Part shown: positions 46,663 through 50,940 of the stretch, piece after piece
Numbering within the stretch: position 1 is the stretch's first letter
Layout: every line of letters begins with the position of its first letter
Assembly: GCA_964354105.1 (NCBI GenBank)
Contig: CAYGXM010000006.1
Span: 1-50,940, forward strand
DNA: 50,940 bases
Direction of reading: 5' to 3'
Origin: Candidatus Woesearchaeota archaeon
Lineage (GTDB): Archaea; Nanobdellota; Nanobdellia; UBA10117
Program-made: the position numbers and the translations under genes
Notes under the pieces: generated by a model
What the model was told of the DNA's origin: nothing
What the model saw: only the letters and a program-made list of their open reading frames with translations
Database searches by the model: none

Positions 46663-47217
46663 ATGATTCCTGAATTTTCTGAATTTGATCTTGAGAAGAT
46701 TGTAAAGAGCTGGGGAAATGCTCCAGACGAGGCTATTCTCTTTGAAAAGGAAAGCGCGATAATAGAATATATATACAAACGCGCTGAAACTACTAGCATG
46801 TCTGCTTCTTTACGCAACATAGCAGACAATTTGAAATATGACATACAGGATACTTCAAAATTATTGGGAAATTTGCGGAGAAAAGGTCTTGTAAAATTTT
46901 TCGAGGACAGCAAAAACTGCAGCCTGACAATAGCAGGCCTGAATCATTTTGAAAGCGAGAGGCAAATATATGCCAAATTGATAAGGGCAATCTCAAGAAT
47001 AGGCATTAAATACAGAACCGACCGCATAGATATTCCGCGCCTTACCAGAGAATTAAGATGGGGCGATTATGGCCTTACACTGCGCTGTCTCGAAAGGCTT
47101 TGTAAAAGCAATATTGTAGCCCTTTCAAACAGGAATACAACGATGGGGAACTTTTACACTGCAAGCCTCACAAAAAAGGGAGAAGCTCTTCTCCGGTACA
47201 TCAATTCAAAATCATAA
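46663..47217 (+). CDS. tandem winged-helix protein
   Basis: Two wings: SLTIAGL and SLTKKGE. Confidence 0.65.
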   Translation: MIPEFSEFDLEKIVKSWGNAPDEAILFEKESAIIEYIYKRAETTSMSASLRNIADNLKYDIQDTSKLLGNLRRKGLVKFFEDSKNCSLTIAGLNHFESERQIYAKLIRAISRIGIKYRTDRIDIPRLTRELRWGDYGLTLRCLERLCKSNIVALSNRNTTMGNFYTASLTKKGEALLRYINSKS

Positions 47218-47686
47218 TTGCATAATTCAAAATTGCTGCAATACTCACCCAGCCTATGTATGGAATAAGAAGATAGGCTGCCGGCTTTGATATGCTATAA
47301 AATCTTACTATTGTCAGCATTATGAAAAGCCACATTATGATTATTACGTTAAAGGACAATTGCAATGCGTGCAGGCCAAAAAACACAGGGCCCCAGATTG
47401 CATTAAGGGCTAACTGGACTGCAAAAAGAGCAATTCCTATCTTAACTTCTTTCTTGGAGATGCCTTTACTCCATACTAGATAAAGAGAAATGCCCATTAA
47501 GAGATACAAGGTTACCCAGACAGGGCCGAAAAGCCAGTTTGGAGGGGCAAATGCTGGCTTGTTGAGAGTTGAATACCAATCTGAAATGGCTCCAATTGTA
47601 ACTATCGAGCCAATGACTCCGGCTAATTGGCAGATGATGAGGGATATTGCTAATTTAGTGAAATCTATTTTAGGGAACTTGGCCAT
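47201..47686 (-). CDS. tspO: TspO/MBR tryptophan-rich sensory protein
   Basis: WYSTLNKPAFAPPNWLFGPVW, QLALNAIW, LLIPYIGW. Confidence 0.94.
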   Translation of the reverse strand: MAKFPKIDFTKLAISLIICQLAGVIGSIVTIGAISDWYSTLNKPAFAPPNWLFGPVWVTLYLLMGISLYLVWSKGISKKEVKIGIALFAVQLALNAIWGPVFFGLHALQLSFNVIIIMWLFIMLTIVRFYSISKPAAYLLIPYIGWVSIAAILNYAIMILN

Positions 47687-47737
47687 ATTTATTCAAACAC
47701 AACAATACTTTTATGCTTATCTGCTGTTACTGAGGAG

Positions 47738-48205
47738 ATGGGATACACAACAAGTAACATTCCTGACACAAATATGGAAGTTCTTGATGAAAAGACGCTT
47801 GATGACAAGTTCAAGCCTGAAGCTACCCTTGAGACCTTTTTCCTAGTGAATAAAGAAGAGCATGTTGCCAAGACTGGAGAATTAAATGATGGCATTGCAA
47901 AGCTGAAACGCAGGTGGAAGCCTGGCAATTCTTTTGGCTCTAAAAACATTTTAGTCATGGCATATGTAAAATCAGATAAGATACAGAAATTCATGGATAT
48001 CCAAAAAAGCCAGCTTCATGCCATTCATGAACTTACAATGTATGACCCTGATGCATTCTATGAGTGCAAGCAATGCGGTGGATTCATCAAAGGCAAGCCG
48101 GAGGAGAAAGAATCTGGCGCGATTGTACTAGGCACACCTGACATAACAAGTTATAATTGCATAAGATGCGGCGCAACTCTGGCCACATACAAGATTTCAC
48201 TCTAA
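47738..48205 (+). CDS. hypothetical protein with C-terminal zinc ribbon
   Basis: CKQCGG...CIRCG. Confidence 0.65.
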   Translation: MGYTTSNIPDTNMEVLDEKTLDDKFKPEATLETFFLVNKEEHVAKTGELNDGIAKLKRRWKPGNSFGSKNILVMAYVKSDKIQKFMDIQKSQLHAIHELTMYDPDAFYECKQCGGFIKGKPEEKESGAIVLGTPDITSYNCIRCGATLATYKISL

Positions 48206-48223
48206 ATAATCTAAATTAGCCAA

Positions 48224-49012
48224 CTAGACTTTCCTGCAGATTAAGGTAAGATTTTTGTGTTTTTCCGGAGTAGTCTCTAAGCGAATGTATTCTATTGATT
48301 TGTCCTTAATTTTCCCAAAGCCGGCCGCTTTTAAGTATCCACACAACTCCTCTTTGTAATCAATAAAATTATTAGGATTGCAGCTAAGAACTAGCTGGCC
48401 ATTTGGCGCAGTGACAGCCGCAAGAGCCTTAGTTTTGAAAGGCAGCAGTTCATCATAAATTATATTACACGCGCTAACGTACGCAGCCCCGCCTTCAAAA
48501 ATCATATTTGTGCAAATTACAGATTCAAATTGCCTTCCCTTAAGCTCCTGGCAATCTTCCAAACTTGCCAGATCTGCGTTAATAAACTCTATATGTGCAT
48601 CATATTTCTTGGCCCGTTTCTCTGCAACACTTAGCAGAGGTTTTGAAAAATCAATGGCGGTTATTTTCGCATTGGGGTTTACAAGTGCGTAATAAACTGT
48701 TTTTAAGCCGGTTCCACAGCCCACGTCTAAGACAATCTTTTTCCCCTTAACACCTTTCTCTATAATAAAAGGTGTGATTGCTTCTGTTTCTGGTCGAGTC
48801 GGGGTTGCGAATAAAGTATCAAGACCGTGCTCAACAACAAAAGCATACCATTCTTGGCAATTATCGTGGTGGGGGCAGCCATTAACATTACTAAGCAGTT
48901 CGTTATACTGCTCAAAGTCCTTCAGCTCAAGCGTGTCTTCTATTTTCTTATCTCGCTCAACAAAGCTCATAGCTTTCAGGCCTTCTCTGTCAAGATAGTC
49001 TGTAAGTTCCAT
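48224..49012 (-). CDS. class I SAM-dependent methyltransferase
   Basis: VLDVGCGTG, AIDFS, FINAD. Confidence 0.85.
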   Translation of the reverse strand: MELTDYLDREGLKAMSFVERDKKIEDTLELKDFEQYNELLSNVNGCPHHDNCQEWYAFVVEHGLDTLFATPTRPETEAITPFIIEKGVKGKKIVLDVGCGTGLKTVYYALVNPNAKITAIDFSKPLLSVAEKRAKKYDAHIEFINADLASLEDCQELKGRQFESVICTNMIFEGGAAYVSACNIIYDELLPFKTKALAAVTAPNGQLVLSCNPNNFIDYKEELCGYLKAAGFGKIKDKSIEYIRLETTPEKHKNLTLICRKV

Positions 49013-49213
49013 CGAAGTGAATTACAATATTGTGATTATAAGCTTTTTTATCTTATAATTTAGCCAATTGTCCAGAATTATTGTTACTTCAGCAAACTTA
49101 GCTTAAGCCAAAACGCGAGTTTGCTGAAAATAGATATTTGCAATATTTCCTAGTGGTGAGTAAGCTTTATATTGTCCGAATGTCCAGAATTATTAACCAG
49201 CTTTAGGAGGCTT

Positions 49214-50002
49214 ATGGTTTCAAATATCAAAAGAATAGTCCTATTTCGTTTTCACAGAAATGCACTTGTTTGCAAGAATAAATTAGAGTTATTACAGAAG
49301 TTTAATCCTGGGATAAAGGTTTTCGGGCTTTTTGGCGGACGAGAAAGTGAATTAGTCGCATTCAAGAAAGTTCTAAAACTTTACCTTAAAAATATTTACT
49401 GCATTAAGGGCAAAAGTAAATATTGGAAGTGGGCTAATAGCGACCTTGCCATAAGACAATGGTACAAAGATTATGGCAAAAAGCTAACGTTTGACGTCTT
49501 ACACTTTATTGAGTGGGATATGCTTTTGTTTGCGCCCATCTCTAAACTCTACAAACATATTCCAAAAGACGGAGTTGGCCTGACTGGTTTAACTAAGTTA
49601 AAGAAGATAGAAAAAAGATGGGACTGGATGTATAGAGAACCTTATAGAAGTCGCTGGGCCAAACTTTTTGAATTCGTTAAAGACAAGTATGCTTACAATA
49701 AAGAACCTTATGCTTGTATTGGTGGCGGACCTTGCTTACCTAAAAAATTCTTAGAAAAATATGCTGCAATTGACGTGCCTGAATTAGCGCATGATGAGTT
49801 AAGATATCCTCTCTTTGCCCAAATTTTAGGCTTTAAGCTTTATGACACTAAATTCTATAGAAAGTTCTTTGATAAAAATGAAGAAAGATTCTTCAATGCG
49901 GAAAAGCAAGATATAAAACTCTCAGTTATCAAAAAGGAATTGTCTAAGTCCTCAGGACGCAGAGTTTTCCATCCCTATAGAAAAGTTTGGAGGCTAACAT
50001 GA
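49214..50002 (+). CDS. hypothetical protein, possibly glycosyltransferase-like
   Basis: LFRFH N-terminus, EWD motif, C-terminal FHP; weak. Confidence 0.6.
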   Translation: MVSNIKRIVLFRFHRNALVCKNKLELLQKFNPGIKVFGLFGGRESELVAFKKVLKLYLKNIYCIKGKSKYWKWANSDLAIRQWYKDYGKKLTFDVLHFIEWDMLLFAPISKLYKHIPKDGVGLTGLTKLKKIEKRWDWMYREPYRSRWAKLFEFVKDKYAYNKEPYACIGGGPCLPKKFLEKYAAIDVPELAHDELRYPLFAQILGFKLYDTKFYRKFFDKNEERFFNAEKQDIKLSVIKKELSKSSGRRVFHPYRKVWRLT

Positions 50003-50487
50003 GCCGCTGCAAGAATCATTACAAACTGCCTTTAAGGCTTAAAGACATAACACACTGGCACAAACGGACTTCTCCTGCGCATGTTGGCAGGTTAAAGCAT
50101 TCATTAGATATCTACGCACCTGAAGGCACGCCGATAAAAGCTGCTCTAGATGGCAAAGTAGTCTGGCTTAGGAACAGTTCAAAAGTTGGCGGGTGCAACA
50201 AGAAAAAATACTGGGATGCAGGAAATAGAATTGTCATAAAGCACAAAAATAACGAGTATTCTGCTTATGAGCATAACAAATACAAAAGTGCTAAAGTTAA
50301 AGTTGGCCAAAAAGTCAGGCAAGGGCAGATTATTGCACTAGTTGGAAATACTGGTTGGACCTACCGCCCTCACTTGCATTTTGAAGTCTTTACAAGACCT
50401 GACAAATGGAAAGCTGAAGGTGAAACATTACAGATCAATTTTAAAATTTCTAGAAAGGGCAGATGCGTAAAGGAGGTTTGTTACTGA
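49999..50487 (+). CDS. M23 family metallopeptidase
   Basis: HSLD (HxxD), GTPIKAALDG, VGNTG...PHLHFEV. Confidence 0.9.
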   Translation: MSRCKNHYKLPLRLKDITHWHKRTSPAHVGRLKHSLDIYAPEGTPIKAALDGKVVWLRNSSKVGGCNKKKYWDAGNRIVIKHKNNEYSAYEHNKYKSAKVKVGQKVRQGQIIALVGNTGWTYRPHLHFEVFTRPDKWKAEGETLQINFKISRKGRCVKEVCY

Positions 50488-50726
50488 TGAGCCGCAGGCC
50501 AGGCCCGCATCAGCTTAAACTAGAACTTATCTTGTATGCTCTCCAGACTCATCCTCAAGGCCTTTGGATTCGAGAGATTTCCAGGCAGACTAGTTTGAAG
50601 AAATCAACAGTATCATACTATCTGCAGAATCATCTTGCTGACAAGATAGAGACAGTACATGAATCAAAGCACATTAAGATAGTAAAGCTGAAGACTGCTG
50701 AGCAGGCGCCGAGCTATTGCCAGTAG
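50487..50726 (+). CDS. HTH transcriptional regulator
   Basis: PQGLWIREISRQTSLKKSTVSYYL. Confidence 0.78.
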   Translation: MSRRPGPHQLKLELILYALQTHPQGLWIREISRQTSLKKSTVSYYLQNHLADKIETVHESKHIKIVKLKTAEQAPSYCQ

Positions 50727-50756
50727 GCTTAAAAAACTAAATTCAAACTCTCAAAC

Positions 50757-50940
50757 ATGGAAAAAGCAGACAAAAATGAGAAATCCATAGCACCTAAGAC
50801 ATGGTGGCTGAGAATCCGTTTATGGCTTCTCATGACAGTTCTATTCGGCATAATGTATGCTTTAGTTGCTGTTGTTGCCAGCCTGCTTGGAATCACTAGT
50901 TTCCTATTTTACGGAATTGCTGCAATCGGCTTTATCGTTC
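50757..50940 (+). CDS. membrane protein, 5' part only; resembles the N-terminus of HtpX-type M48 proteases
   Basis: MEK...WWLRIRLWLLMTVLFGIMYAL...FLFYGIAAIGFIV; runs off the window. Confidence 0.5.
   Translation, partial: MEKADKNEKSIAPKTWWLRIRLWLLMTVLFGIMYALVAVVASLLGITSFLFYGIAAIGFIV

Overview
Archaeal chromosomal window, most likely a small-genome DPANN-type lineage (inferred from archaeal uL3/uL4, the eL43-Rpo12-Pcc1-prefoldin beta cluster, SepF, PINA ATPase, PAC2, Rpp21, a stand-alone 5S rRNA and intron-containing tRNAs). The first ~36 kb are mostly housekeeping genes plus a 1841-aa beta-helix surface protein. About 36-45 kb is an accessory/defence-like island (Fic/Doc, Cas4-like nuclease, restriction-modification module, wHTH/HEPN cluster, PIN-AbrB). 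Main discovery: the tRNA-splicing ligase gene rtcB is interrupted inside its conserved MPDAH-W-GYGFPIGG motif by a 26-nt insertion. The insertion folds into a relaxed bulge-helix-bulge whose canonical cut sites exactly restore the frame, so it is a candidate mRNA intron that needs the gene's own product for ligation. Second: a 52-54 nt twin-hairpin repeat with compensatory base changes is inserted in-frame in uL3 and Pcc1, occurs intergenically, and resembles the tRNA-Arg intron. Third: a family of short intergenic elements with GGG(T/A)WATCTCT-like inverted ends often abuts stop codons. All calls come from reading the sequence and motif recognition; no searches or folding programs were run.
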